DNA of 64,000 nucleotides from Promethearchaeota archaeon (GCA_019058445.1 JAHPZA010000010.1:192001-256000), one strand, 5' to 3'; numbered from the stretch's first letter, positions 10,853 through 21,159 are shown. Notes: a model not told the origin generated them from the letters alone. Translations and numbers: made by a program.

Positions 10853-13408
10853 ATGTATAGAAATTTAAGCAGTAGTATTTTTATTTTGATATTTACACCT
10901 TTCTTTTTGATTTGTTGGATTTATATATACTTAATTCCAATGGGATTAAAAGTATCATATGTGTTATTAGTAGGTTTTGCGGTTTTAATTATTGGGTTTT
11001 ATGCTTTCGTTAATTTAAATCAAGAGGATGGGAGCGTTATCCTATTTAAGATAAAGGGATTATCTGAAAACCATTTAAAGATTTTTTTATTTATAACAAT
11101 GATTATTGCAAGCTTTATCCCTCCAACTTTAGGGTCAAAAACAGTAATTTTGTGGAGTCGAGTTAGTTTTTTGAATTATTTTAAAGCTATAGTTTTTATT
11201 ATCGGATGTGCTTTCCTTCCCGGTGCTAATATATACAGTTCTTTTTTTCATAAAAAAAATTTACATGAGCATTTTAAGGTTGAATCTTATTTCTTAAAAT
11301 TAACTCTTTATCCCCTTTTGTCGTTTTCTTTTATCGGAGTAATAGTTTTATTACTCGATCAACTTAATTTTACCCGCGAACTAATTTTGTTTCATTTAAT
11401 CTTTTATATTACCATCTTATTCTTTTTTGATTTAATAAAATCGAGAATTAGAAACCATAGTATTAATTATACAAAAAAACCAATAAAGATCTCAAAAAAT
11501 TCTACTATAATTCATATTTTTACATTGGGTATATCATTAATTTCTATAGGTTTTTTTTTTAAGACTTTATATCTCATTTCGAGTGATAGTTGGACAGGTT
11601 TGCATATAGTTTATTATATTGGAGATCCAAACTTAAATCCTATAGAAGATAAAATTTATTTTGAGAATTATCCTATTTTTTGGAGTTATATTATTTATGG
11701 TTTAAGCATTTTAAGCGGATTACCTTATATTAATGTGAACGCTATGTTAGCCCCTTTTTGTTATTTATTTGTTACTACAATGTATCTATTAATAAAGGGA
11801 ATATTATATGATTTTGAAGAAAAATATGCAGTATTATCTACTATTTTTGTCTCAACTTTTTCAAATCTAAATTTTCTCTTTTCTAATTATACAGGTAATA
11901 TTGATAGAGTGGGATTGATAGTAATATGCGAATTTTATTTCATCTATAAAAGTTTTTCATATTGCTTATTATTTTTTTCATTGGCTTTATTTGTGGTTTT
12001 AATAAATAATGATGATGATAGTAATTTTAGTTTCAAACAACTTTTCAGAAATGAAATTTATAAGTATTTAATTTTAATTTCTTTTCTATTAATTGTCTCT
12101 TATATGACTTATATGTTCCCTCTATTACTGGGAATTCTGTTGATTTTTATTTTTAGCATTTTTTTAAATAAAAGAAAAAATTTTCAAAATTTCTACTATT
12201 ATTCTCTCTTATATTTCCTTTTGGTAATACTTTTCATAGTGTTCGATGTTCTAATGAATTATTATCTTAGTATCTCTTTAATTTTTAGATTTTTAATCTT
12301 TTATAAAATAGAAGAAATAATTAAACTAGAAGAAACTATGTCTTGGCAATATTTAGTATATTCCTTTTTATTAGTGACTTATATGATTAGTTCAAGCTTT
12401 CTTTATTTCTACTCTAAGATTTATAATATATTATGGAAAAAAGAAAGAAAGGATTTTTCCAATAATTTTAATTCTAAGAATAAAATAAAGACATATTTCA
12501 GAGTAGGAATATTTATTTTTTCAATTCTTTTAATAATTGAAATAATTAGTAAAATATATGAATTTATTTTTGGTTTTGATAAATTTAGAAGGAATTACTT
12601 CTTTTTCTTCTATTTAGATACATTAATTCTAAGCTTTGGCGTTATTGGTATCAGCGCAGTATATTTATCGTATTTTTTTTTTAAAAAAAATAAAAAAATA
12701 TTTATACTGTTAACATTTTGGATTTTTTTAACATTTTCGATTGCATTTTTACTTCTTATAAGAGCTAACATAGAATATTCCAATAAACTTCCCAAAACTA
12801 TCCCATTTAGAGATTATCATCTAGCTATTACTTGGTTTGAACGAATTTGGTTTTACTCTATTCCACCGTTATGTATTATCTCATCAATAGGAGTATTTGA
12901 TGTAGTAAAGAAGCTAAAAGCTTACAAAATTTTTAAGAACTATAAGTATTCGAAACCATGTTTTAAACATATCACATTCTGCTTTTTAATTTTTTTAGTA
13001 CTCTCTGGTTTGATTACATCTGGAATGTGGTATGGGAGTGATAAATATAGAGTAAGAAATAATAAAATTAGAATAATTGGATATGTGTCTGAAAATATAC
13101 CTCATAAGTCGAAAATTCTAACAGAGGATGACCCTCATATAATGCAGGGCTTATATTCAATGACATCATGTAGACCATTTAAAATAAGCGAACATATTAA
13201 AGAAGAATATAATGAAATACAACTAAATGATAGAATTCAGAGTTTTAAAAATCATGAAATTAAGTATCTAATCGTCTCCGAAGATTTATTGTCTCAAACC
13301 ACTAATGTATCTAGATTTATTAAAAATCGTTTAATTCCAGAGTTTTATAATGAAACTGAATATGAAACTAGTGACTGGACGATATACTATGCTCCCTATT
13401 TTGAATAA
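10853..13408 (+). CDS. Large polytopic membrane protein, GT-C-like
   Basis: 851 aa with many TM segments, an acidic loop (SSDSWTGLH) followed by YPIFW, and a small soluble C-terminal domain (YVSENIPHKSKILTE...IKYLIV). No WWDYG motif. Confidence 0.6.
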   Translation: MYRNLSSSIFILIFTPFFLICWIYIYLIPMGLKVSYVLLVGFAVLIIGFYAFVNLNQEDGSVILFKIKGLSENHLKIFLFITMIIASFIPPTLGSKTVILWSRVSFLNYFKAIVFIIGCAFLPGANIYSSFFHKKNLHEHFKVESYFLKLTLYPLLSFSFIGVIVLLLDQLNFTRELILFHLIFYITILFFFDLIKSRIRNHSINYTKKPIKISKNSTIIHIFTLGISLISIGFFFKTLYLISSDSWTGLHIVYYIGDPNLNPIEDKIYFENYPIFWSYIIYGLSILSGLPYINVNAMLAPFCYLFVTTMYLLIKGILYDFEEKYAVLSTIFVSTFSNLNFLFSNYTGNIDRVGLIVICEFYFIYKSFSYCLLFFSLALFVVLINNDDDSNFSFKQLFRNEIYKYLILISFLLIVSYMTYMFPLLLGILLIFIFSIFLNKRKNFQNFYYYSLLYFLLVILFIVFDVLMNYYLSISLIFRFLIFYKIEEIIKLEETMSWQYLVYSFLLVTYMISSSFLYFYSKIYNILWKKERKDFSNNFNSKNKIKTYFRVGIFIFSILLIIEIISKIYEFIFGFDKFRRNYFFFFYLDTLILSFGVIGISAVYLSYFFFKKNKKIFILLTFWIFLTFSIAFLLLIRANIEYSNKLPKTIPFRDYHLAITWFERIWFYSIPPLCIISSIGVFDVVKKLKAYKIFKNYKYSKPCFKHITFCFLIFLVLSGLITSGMWYGSDKYRVRNNKIRIIGYVSENIPHKSKILTEDDPHIMQGLYSMTSCRPFKISEHIKEEYNEIQLNDRIQSFKNHEIKYLIVSEDLLSQTTNVSRFIKNRLIPEFYNETEYETSDWTIYYAPYFE

Positions 13409-13504
13409 CTTGTAATTTAAATCTCATATAATTTCACTTACTACTAATTTTTTAAAGTAGAATAAAAACCTTAGATGTATAAAGTAGAGATTAAATGAAG
13501 TTAT

Positions 13505-14374
13505 TTAAAATATTTTTTTAAGATAATCCAATATAATAGGATATAACCTAAGGGTAATTTTTTTAGGGAATATTCTATTTATTTTTAACTTCTTCATTGT
13601 ATAAAATACTATACAAGAAGCAATTGCTTTTATAATTCGGAGTATTTGAACATAAGAAGTGCCATGTTGTCGTTTATATATCGTAATAGGAACCTCAGTA
13701 ATTCTAAAGTTTTTGTATGAAGCTTTAAACAATATTTCAGTACAAAACCCAAATCCAGTGTGAATCATGTCTTCAAATATTAGCTGACAGTCTCTTGTAA
13801 ATGCTCTATACCCACTTTGATTATTACCTACTTTTTGATTAAACACTAACCATAGGCAATTTCTAACAACAAATTCTCCAACTCGTGTATGTAAGGGTAC
13901 TCTATACTGACTTTTACCTAAATATCGTGAACCAACAACAATATCTGCTTTATTCTTAATTATAGGTTTAATCAGTTTAGGAATTTCCTCAGGATTATGT
14001 TGTCCATCTGAGTCCAATGTTATTATAATATCTCCTTTAGCTTGTTTGATTCCAGTTAATAATGCTGCTCCATACCCTCTGTTTTTGAAGTGTTTGATTA
14101 ATTTGATATTGCGATCCTCAATTTCATTTATTCTCTCAACACTATTATCAGATGATCCGTCATCGACTACAATTATTTCCTTTTTATGATGATTAGGAAT
14201 TTTAGAAATAACTTCCTTAATGGTGGTCTCTTCATTAAAAACGGGAATTATAACAGATACTAATAAATTATCGTCTATAAAAGAATCCGAATATTTATCT
14301 TCTATTATTTCTAATTTGAAATCTTGTTCGATATTTAGAGCCTTATTCTCTAACAATGATTCTTGGACATTCAT
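13505..14374 (-). CDS. GT2, dolichol/polyprenol-phosphate sugar synthase (DPM1-like)
   Basis: VSVIIPVFNEE, VVDDGSSD, NRGYGAAL, LDSDGQHNP, IVVGSRY, QSGYRAF, EVPI. Confidence 0.9.
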   Translation of the reverse strand: MNVQESLLENKALNIEQDFKLEIIEDKYSDSFIDDNLLVSVIIPVFNEETTIKEVISKIPNHHKKEIIVVDDGSSDNSVERINEIEDRNIKLIKHFKNRGYGAALLTGIKQAKGDIIITLDSDGQHNPEEIPKLIKPIIKNKADIVVGSRYLGKSQYRVPLHTRVGEFVVRNCLWLVFNQKVGNNQSGYRAFTRDCQLIFEDMIHTGFGFCTEILFKASYKNFRITEVPITIYKRQHGTSYVQILRIIKAIASCIVFYTMKKLKINRIFPKKITLRLYPIILDYLKKIF

Positions 14375-14647
14375 ATGAGCATTTAATATTAGGATTTTTG
14401 CACTTTAAAATGTTATGCAATTGTTTAAAATATTATGGATCGAAACTCTCGTTTTATAATATTCTATTATATATGCCTAATATTTAATACTTATGATTTT
14501 ACATGTCTGTATATTATAAAAACAAGAGGGATTTTTTTGAAATAATCGAAATCTTTATTTCTAATAAGATAAACTTAGGTTATATTTTGCGAATTAATTT
14601 CCAAACAACTAATTTAAGAAGAAGTGTTATAATTAGTTCAATTGGAT

Positions 14648-15925
14648 TCAATTATTTTGTTGAAATGGGAGAATTTGTGGTCCATTTGGCAAGATTAAGA
14701 TTTTTGCTTCATTTCCATGCTTATTTAAACTCACTTCAATTGCCTCTTCAACAGAATTAGCGTATTTTAACCCAATATTGCCAATTTCGTCCTTAGTTAA
14801 TTTGGAAACTATATAGATCTCAGCTTTCATCATTATCCTTGTTAAAACTTGGATTTCCCATTGATCAGGAATAATGATTTCTTTGTTTAGGATTTGGTTA
14901 TAGATTGTTTTAGGAGTCTTACCCGAATAAATTAATTGTTTAAAATTATCGTGTCCAATACCATCAGAAAGTTCATTAACAGAAATGATCGTTCCATTTT
15001 TCTTTACAGCCAATTCTCCTATGGCCATGCTTTTCACTGCCTGGTAAAGATTAAGATCTAAAGGGTATCCTCCATTCCCGCAAATTACAATGTCATACGG
15101 TTCTGCGATTTCTTTAAATACTGTAGTAAATTGGTAATTTACGAGTTGTTCATGAACGGCCTCCAAATCACCGGAAGCAACTTGCGTGATTTCATGATTT
15201 TCATTAATACACACATTCATTACGAAATCAGCTCCAATTAATTTCGATATTTCCATGGAAATTTTATGCATTGGATTTTTCTTATAGATCCCAAAGCGAG
15301 CATAAGGAGAGGCAATGTTTTCAGCAGAATGATTCGCTTGTATAGTTTCTTCACCAGCTATTCCTGGAACAATAGATTTTCTACCCCCAGAAAAGCCTAA
15401 GAAAAAATGAGGCTCAACATAGCCGGTTAGGATCTTTAAATCGCTTTCACAGTAATGTTTGTTTATATAGATTGGAATATTATCTGAGGTATCTCCGAAA
15501 TACTTCTGCGAATCTTTATCAGTTGCATCATGATCTATTACTTTCAACCGGCTCCTTAAATCTTTACCTAGTATTCTAATTATTTCTTCCTCGCGAGATT
15601 GACGGTGGAGTCCTGTCGCAAATAAGATTAATATTTTGTCGTCTTGTATTCCATATTCATTTAATTTTTTAATTAAGCCCTCAAGGATTATATGAGAAGG
15701 CACAGGACGCGTAGCGTCATTGACCACTATACAGACCCTATTTATTTCCTTTTTTTTTTTAATAATATCGTTTAAAGGAAGGCATCCAATTGGATTCTCT
15801 ATTGAATTCATTATTTTTTGAACAGGATTTTTTATAACTACTTGCTCCTTTGGATGGATGATTGTAACATTCCAAGAGGGATCAATTCCAATTTCCAATC
15901 CTTCTTCACCATAATCAAATTTCAT
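14648..15925 (-). CDS. larA: Nickel-pincer-dependent lactate racemase LarA
   Basis: DATRP, ATGLHR, EPHFFLGFSGGRKSIVPG, NH, PLDLNLYQAVK, PDQW, LPNGP: catalytic and cofactor-binding residues of LarA are present. Confidence 0.9.
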   Translation of the reverse strand: MKFDYGEEGLEIGIDPSWNVTIIHPKEQVVIKNPVQKIMNSIENPIGCLPLNDIIKKKKEINRVCIVVNDATRPVPSHIILEGLIKKLNEYGIQDDKILILFATGLHRQSREEEIIRILGKDLRSRLKVIDHDATDKDSQKYFGDTSDNIPIYINKHYCESDLKILTGYVEPHFFLGFSGGRKSIVPGIAGEETIQANHSAENIASPYARFGIYKKNPMHKISMEISKLIGADFVMNVCINENHEITQVASGDLEAVHEQLVNYQFTTVFKEIAEPYDIVICGNGGYPLDLNLYQAVKSMAIGELAVKKNGTIISVNELSDGIGHDNFKQLIYSGKTPKTIYNQILNKEIIIPDQWEIQVLTRIMMKAEIYIVSKLTKDEIGNIGLKYANSVEEAIEVSLNKHGNEAKILILPNGPQILPFQQNN

Positions 15926-15937
15926 TGGTGTTTTACC

Positions 15938-17677
15938 TCAATTTGAATTATGAATAATCTCTCGAGCTTTTTCGAAAATTTGGTAGGTTTCAACGCCCGC
16001 AGGACATTTTTCCATGCAAAGACCGCATAGAGTACATGAATGAAAAATATCATTAATTAAACTAGTTAGCTTGAGATCGTCATAGACTAATCCATATAAA
16101 ATACCCAATCTCCCTCGTGGGCTATATGCCTCCGATTTATAATTAATTCTCGAGGGACAGGTTGCTATACAAAATCCACATCCCATACAATTTAGTTCTA
16201 AGATTTTATCTTTTTGATTTTTTAATCTCCTTAGTATTTTGGTTGTTTTAATGGGAATTCCATCAGCTTTACCTTGTCCGGGATTCAAAATCATATTTGG
16301 ATCAAATAGTCGTTTCAAGTTGTACATAATATCTAAAACTTTTGGATCGTGCTCTAACTGGAGATAATGTGTTTTAATTTTTCCAATTCCATGTTCACCG
16401 GTTATAGTTCCACCAACAGGAGTAATAACCATTGTATATAAGTAACTTAAAGCAACATGATAATTTTCTACGTCATTTTCATTATTTTCATTGAATAAGA
16501 AAGTAGGGTGTAGATTTCCCTCCATATGTCCGAAAGTTGCAATTTTAATATTTGGTAGGTTTAATTTTTCAGGGATTATTTCTATCTCTTTGACAACTTT
16601 CGCAAAATCAGTTATTTGAATGGTACAATCCTCTAAACAGGCTGTGGGACTAATCCTCGCCAAAGCTGGTAAAGCATTTTTTCGAGCTGTTATTAATTCC
16701 TCTCGTTCCTCATAATCAGAAGCAATCTTATGCAGGATGGGTTCCCTTTCAAGCAGAATATCATTTAATTTTGAGAAATTTTCACTGATTTCTTTTTCAT
16801 TGTTCCCATCAATTTCAGCTAAGAGAACATAACCTTTTGGATAATTCTCAAATTCCCCACCTAAATATTCAAACACTGCCTGTGTAGTAAGCCGATCTAA
16901 AAATTCTAGTAAATTAGGTATAATACCTTCTTTTCTTAGTTTAATAACGGACTGACTAATATCTTCAATATTTTTAAAAATATAGAAGCCAAGTTTCCTT
17001 CTCTTTGGCAATGGTTTTATTCTTAATCCTATTTTAGTAATAATTCCCAAAGTTCCCTCTGAACCTACAATTAAATCTTTTAAATTATAAGAAGAAACCG
17101 ATTTAAGAACTTTTGAACCTAAATTTATGATCTCCCCATTTGCGAGAATCATTTCTAAATATAAGACATAATCTTTTGTCACTCCGTATTTAAAGGCTTG
17201 AACTCCTCCTGAATTGGTAGCGACCATTCCTCCGACGGTACAAACTGTACTAGACGCGGGATCTGGAGGGAAAAAATATCCAAAATCTTTTAATTTTTCA
17301 TTTAGATCATCGCAAATTACTCCCGGTTCTACTTCTACTAAATTATTCTCAATATCAATAGAAATGATTTTATTCATTGCGCTTAAATCGAGGATGATTC
17401 CTCCATAAGCGCTTTTGGACCCGGCGGATAAGCTAGTACCGCTTCCTCTAGGGGTAATAGGAATTAGATATTCATTGGCTAATTTGACAATCTCTGAAAT
17501 TTGTTTAGCAGTTTGGGGCATGAGGATTAGTTCAGGAATCCACTCTTTTTCAAAAATAGTACTTCCAAAAGCATAACTCCATCTTATTTCATAATCTGAA
17601 AAGCAATTAGTTTCTCCAATGATTTCCTTAAACTTCTGTAGGAGTTCATCGGTAATTTTCTGATAACATGAAGTCAT
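15938..17677 (-). CDS. FAD-linked 2-hydroxyacid oxidoreductase (GlcD/D-lactate dehydrogenase-like) fused to a 2x[4Fe-4S] domain
   Basis: PRGSGTSL, FPPDPAS, GSEGTLGIITK, GNLHP, GEHGIG, LNPG; C-terminal CMGCGFCIATCP and CTLCGLCMEKCP. Confidence 0.88.
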   Translation of the reverse strand: MTSCYQKITDELLQKFKEIIGETNCFSDYEIRWSYAFGSTIFEKEWIPELILMPQTAKQISEIVKLANEYLIPITPRGSGTSLSAGSKSAYGGIILDLSAMNKIISIDIENNLVEVEPGVICDDLNEKLKDFGYFFPPDPASSTVCTVGGMVATNSGGVQAFKYGVTKDYVLYLEMILANGEIINLGSKVLKSVSSYNLKDLIVGSEGTLGIITKIGLRIKPLPKRRKLGFYIFKNIEDISQSVIKLRKEGIIPNLLEFLDRLTTQAVFEYLGGEFENYPKGYVLLAEIDGNNEKEISENFSKLNDILLEREPILHKIASDYEEREELITARKNALPALARISPTACLEDCTIQITDFAKVVKEIEIIPEKLNLPNIKIATFGHMEGNLHPTFLFNENNENDVENYHVALSYLYTMVITPVGGTITGEHGIGKIKTHYLQLEHDPKVLDIMYNLKRLFDPNMILNPGQGKADGIPIKTTKILRRLKNQKDKILELNCMGCGFCIATCPSRINYKSEAYSPRGRLGILYGLVYDDLKLTSLINDIFHSCTLCGLCMEKCPAGVETYQIFEKAREIIHNSN

Positions 17678-17812
17678 AGCTAAGATCTATTTTGTACAAT
17701 ATTTATTATTTTAAACAATTCTGGCTTAAAATTATTACTTATTATGAATATTAGATACTTCTATTTTAAATGAATTAAAATTATTTAAAATTCACTCGAA
17801 TCAAAAACAATT

Positions 17813-18745
17813 TTATATAGAGTGAGTTTTCATATACTGCAATCCATCATCTAAACTATAAACTTTTAATTCTGAGCCGAGGAGTGTTTTAAGTTTGCTG
17901 ATATCTAATCCCGCATTTTTGGGACGTACTGCTTGCTGCTTTAGAGATGCTAAGGGGGAGATTAATGATTTATTAAGATTAAAAACATCCGCACAATGAA
18001 TAGCCATCTCATATCTATTTATAGCCCCATCTCCTGCTGTATGGTATATTCCTGTTGCCTCTTTTTCAATGAGTTTTAAAATTATTTCCGCTAAATTTTT
18101 CACAAATGTTGGAGAGTTTATTTGAGTAGTTACAATGGAAATTGGTTCATCTAGTTCCAATTTCTTTAAAATCCAAGTTATAAAATTTAATTTGGATTTA
18201 TTCCAGCCATATAAGACAGCAGTTCTGCAGATAAGATAATCGAGATTTGAATTAATAATTGCTAATTCGGCATCATATTTTGTTTTGGCATAAAATGAAA
18301 GCGGATTTGGAGTATCAGTTTCATTATATAATCCCTCTTTTTTAGTCCCATCAAATACAAAATCAGTAGACATAAAAATTAGTTTTGAATCAGCTGTTTG
18401 ACATGCTTTAATTACATTTTGAGGGCCCTCAGTATTTATTTTTTTAGCTAACTCTTTATTCACTTCGCATTCATCAACATCGGTCATCGCAGCTGTAAGT
18501 AGGGTAATGTCCGGAGATATATTTATTATTTTCTTTACAGCATCATCTGCATTGGTAATATCAATATGATAAAAAGGCATTTTAGGATTAATATTTGAAT
18601 TGGATATGTCAGCGGTAACAAAATGAAATTGATTTTCGGATGTTTCGTATTCCTCTTTGAATCGGAGTAAATTTGTGCCTAAGAATCCATTAGCACCAAT
18701 AATCAATATTTTCAAGGTATCATCTGTTAAGGTATTGTTTTTCAT
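17813..18745 (-). CDS. rfbD: dTDP-4-dehydrorhamnose reductase (true start may be the TTG at 18715)
   Basis: GANGFLG, AAMTDVDECE, STDFVFDG, YAKTK, SPT, RP motifs. Confidence 0.92.
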   Translation of the reverse strand: MKNNTLTDDTLKILIIGANGFLGTNLLRFKEEYETSENQFHFVTADISNSNINPKMPFYHIDITNADDAVKKIINISPDITLLTAAMTDVDECEVNKELAKKINTEGPQNVIKACQTADSKLIFMSTDFVFDGTKKEGLYNETDTPNPLSFYAKTKYDAELAIINSNLDYLICRTAVLYGWNKSKLNFITWILKKLELDEPISIVTTQINSPTFVKNLAEIILKLIEKEATGIYHTAGDGAINRYEMAIHCADVFNLNKSLISPLASLKQQAVRPKNAGLDISKLKTLLGSELKVYSLDDGLQYMKTHSI

Positions 18746-19742
18746 AAAAAGTTAAATATTCTTTGGTGATTATATTATTAAGCCAGTTTTTATTGTCCAA
18801 ATACCATTGGACAGTTAATTTTAACCCTTCCCTGAAATTAACTTCTGGTTTCCAATGCAATTCTTTCCGAATTTTATTATAATTGATAGCATATCTTAGA
18901 TCGTGGCCAGGTCGATCTTTCACGAATGATATTAGCGATTCTGGTTTATTAATTATTTTTAATAGCTTTTTAATCAAATTAATATTGGAGTATTCACAAT
19001 CAGCTCCGATATTATAAATCTCTCCTTCCCTTCCTTCTATTAAGACTTTTAAAATTGCAGAGCAATGATCAGTAACATATATCCAATCCCTTACATTTAT
19101 CCCTTGCCCATATACAGGCAGTTCCTTATCTTGGAGTGCATTATTTAACATTAATGGAATTAATTTTTCAGGGAATTGGTATGGGCCATAATTGTTTGAA
19201 CAACGAGTTATGTTCACTGGGAGTTGAAATGTTTTAAAATAGGCTCTTACTAAGAGATCCCCAGATGCCTTGCTGGCAGAATAAGGACTATTAGGTTTTA
19301 ATCGATTATTCTCCTCAAATGGAGGATCATCGAGGCTTAGTGATCCATACACCTCATCTGTGGAGATTTGGATATATTTCTTTATCTTGTTTTTTCTAAC
19401 TGCATTTAATAAAGTCTGCGTTCCAATTACATTGGTTTGGACTACTACATTCGGGTTGTCAATTGACCTATCCACATGAGACTCCGCTGCGAAATTGATA
19501 ATAAATTCAATCTTTTCCTTGTTAATTATTTTGTCAACTGTCTCAAAATCATTTATATCCGCTTTGTAAAAATTGTATCTTTCAGGATAAATTTGTTCAA
19601 TATCTTTTAAGTTTTCAGGATTTCCGGCATATGTCAATTTATCTAGATTGACAACTTTAAAATCGTGATTTAGATTGAGAATGTATCTAATGAAATTGCT
19701 TCCTATAAAGCCCATTCCCCCAGTTACTAAAATTGTCTGCAT
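18720..19742 (-). CDS. rfbB: dTDP-glucose 4,6-dehydratase
   Basis: TGGMGFIGSNF, FAAESHVDRSI, STDEVYG, PYSASK, NNYGPYQFPEKLIP, DRPGHDLRY. Confidence 0.97.
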   Translation of the reverse strand: MQTILVTGGMGFIGSNFIRYILNLNHDFKVVNLDKLTYAGNPENLKDIEQIYPERYNFYKADINDFETVDKIINKEKIEFIINFAAESHVDRSIDNPNVVVQTNVIGTQTLLNAVRKNKIKKYIQISTDEVYGSLSLDDPPFEENNRLKPNSPYSASKASGDLLVRAYFKTFQLPVNITRCSNNYGPYQFPEKLIPLMLNNALQDKELPVYGQGINVRDWIYVTDHCSAILKVLIEGREGEIYNIGADCEYSNINLIKKLLKIINKPESLISFVKDRPGHDLRYAINYNKIRKELHWKPEVNFREGLKLTVQWYLDNKNWLNNIITKEYLTFYEKQYLNR

Positions 19743-19775
19743 AAATAACCAAATTTTAAAGTTTAATTGCTTAAT

Positions 19776-20237
19776 TTAACCCATTTTTATTTCCCAATCA
19801 TATTCTATTTCATCTGTATCGTAAGGCAATCGGTATTCATCGGGATTTTCATAATTATATAGTTCTGTAGGAATATTTAATACAACTATTTTTTCTCCTC
19901 CAATTGCTTTAAAACCATGCCAGATATTATTTGGAACAGTGACTAAAAGAGGATTTTTTTCACCAAAAAAGATTTCATTAATTAGTTTATATGTTGAGGA
20001 GCTCTCTCTTCCATCATATAATACAAGTTTTGCATTACCTACTAAACATATCATATTATCTGTTTGGATCTTATGTTTATGCCAAGCTTTCACAACATTC
20101 GGAAACGCGATAGTTATATAAGCTTGACCAAATTTTTGGAAGATTGGCCAATCAGAACGCAAGCATTCTTGTAAATACCCTCGTTCATCAAGAATTGGTT
20201 TTAAATTTCTAATTTTAACACCTTCAATCAAGTCCAT
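19776..20237 (-). CDS. rfbC: dTDP-4-dehydrorhamnose 3,5-epimerase family (cupin)
   Basis: DERG, KAWHKH, YDGR..S.TY, WHGF; lies within the rfb cluster. Confidence 0.88.
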   Translation of the reverse strand: MDLIEGVKIRNLKPILDERGYLQECLRSDWPIFQKFGQAYITIAFPNVVKAWHKHKIQTDNMICLVGNAKLVLYDGRESSSTYKLINEIFFGEKNPLLVTVPNNIWHGFKAIGGEKIVVLNIPTELYNYENPDEYRLPYDTDEIEYDWEIKMG

Positions 20238-20274
20238 ATTATTAACCTAAAACACTTTTGATTTATAATCAATT

Positions 20275-21021
20275 TCATTTGACTTTATTAATTTTTTGCG
20301 ATTTTATAAAATTGCTTGATTTTAATAATGTATCAAATTTACCTGCATCGGACCAAAACCCCTTAATAATTACTGATTTTGTTTTTCCATTTTTAATATA
20401 ATAATTATTAACATCTGTAATTTCTAATTCATCCCGTTTAGAATAACCAATCTCCTTATTTACCTTTTTTATCACATTAAAGATATTCTCATCATAAAAA
20501 TACAATCCTGTAACAGCGTAATTCGTTTTAGGCGATTTTGGTTTTTCCTCAATTGATTTTATTGTTCCGTCCTCATTTAATTCTGCAACACCAAATCGTT
20601 CTGGATCTTCTACTTCTTTTAGAAATAAATAACATTCGAAATCAGTTGAATTTTTAAATTCATAAAGTTCAGAATCAAATGAATCTTCGAAGATATTATC
20701 TCCTAATATTACTGCTACTTTATTTCCTTCTATTATCTTTCTGGTAAGGAACAATGCTTCGGCAATTCCGCCTGCTCTTTGCTGATACACGTAATTAAAA
20801 TGTGCCTGAAATTCGCTACCATCTCCGAGTAATCTGATAAAATCTCCTACACTTTCACCTCCTAAAACAATGGTGATATCGGAAATTCCTGAATTCGTCA
20901 GAGTTCTTATCACTTTATATATCATTGGCTCATCATAAACCGGTAATAAATGCTTATTCGTGACATTTGTTAATGGTGATAGTCTTGATCCAGTTCCACC
21001 TGCCAAAATAACGCCTTTGAT
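20275..21021 (-). CDS. rfbA: Glucose-1-phosphate thymidylyltransferase; probable ATC start at 21021
   Basis: (I)KGVILAGGTGSRLSPLT..NKHLLPVYD.PMI, LGDNIF, EEKP, ELEITD, WSDAG; GGTGG SD 6 nt before the ATC. Confidence 0.92.
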   Translation of the reverse strand: MKGVILAGGTGSRLSPLTNVTNKHLLPVYDEPMIYKVIRTLTNSGISDITIVLGGESVGDFIRLLGDGSEFQAHFNYVYQQRAGGIAEALFLTRKIIEGNKVAVILGDNIFEDSFDSELYEFKNSTDFECYLFLKEVEDPERFGVAELNEDGTIKSIEEKPKSPKTNYAVTGLYFYDENIFNVIKKVNKEIGYSKRDELEITDVNNYYIKNGKTKSVIIKGFWSDAGKFDTLLKSSNFIKSQKINKVK

Positions 21022-21159
21022 ATAAATCCACCGGAAAAATTATAAAAATTGTATAAGTTAACGTACTATAATTGTACTATAATATTTTATTAGTTTTTAA
21101 TTATTATTTTTAAGAAACTTCGCTTAATACTCAATATTCTAATGATATATAATATTATG

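Noticed and set aside
10794-10868. Short hydrophobic ORF (MKKLKKIVLFIFSIFCGTF...) overlapping the start of the 851-aa gene
   Set aside because: It could be a uORF or a frameshifted N-terminus, but such ORFs arise by chance in AT-rich DNA and there is no further support.
10853-13408. AglB/STT3 oligosaccharyltransferase
   Set aside because: The size fits, but the WWDYG and DK motifs are absent.
9766-14374. Diverged repeat pair as a DGR template/variable region, or as stop-codon recoding
   Set aside because: Differences are not adenine-specific, no reverse transcriptase is present, all three stop types occur and catalytic motifs are destroyed. This is ordinary pseudogenisation.
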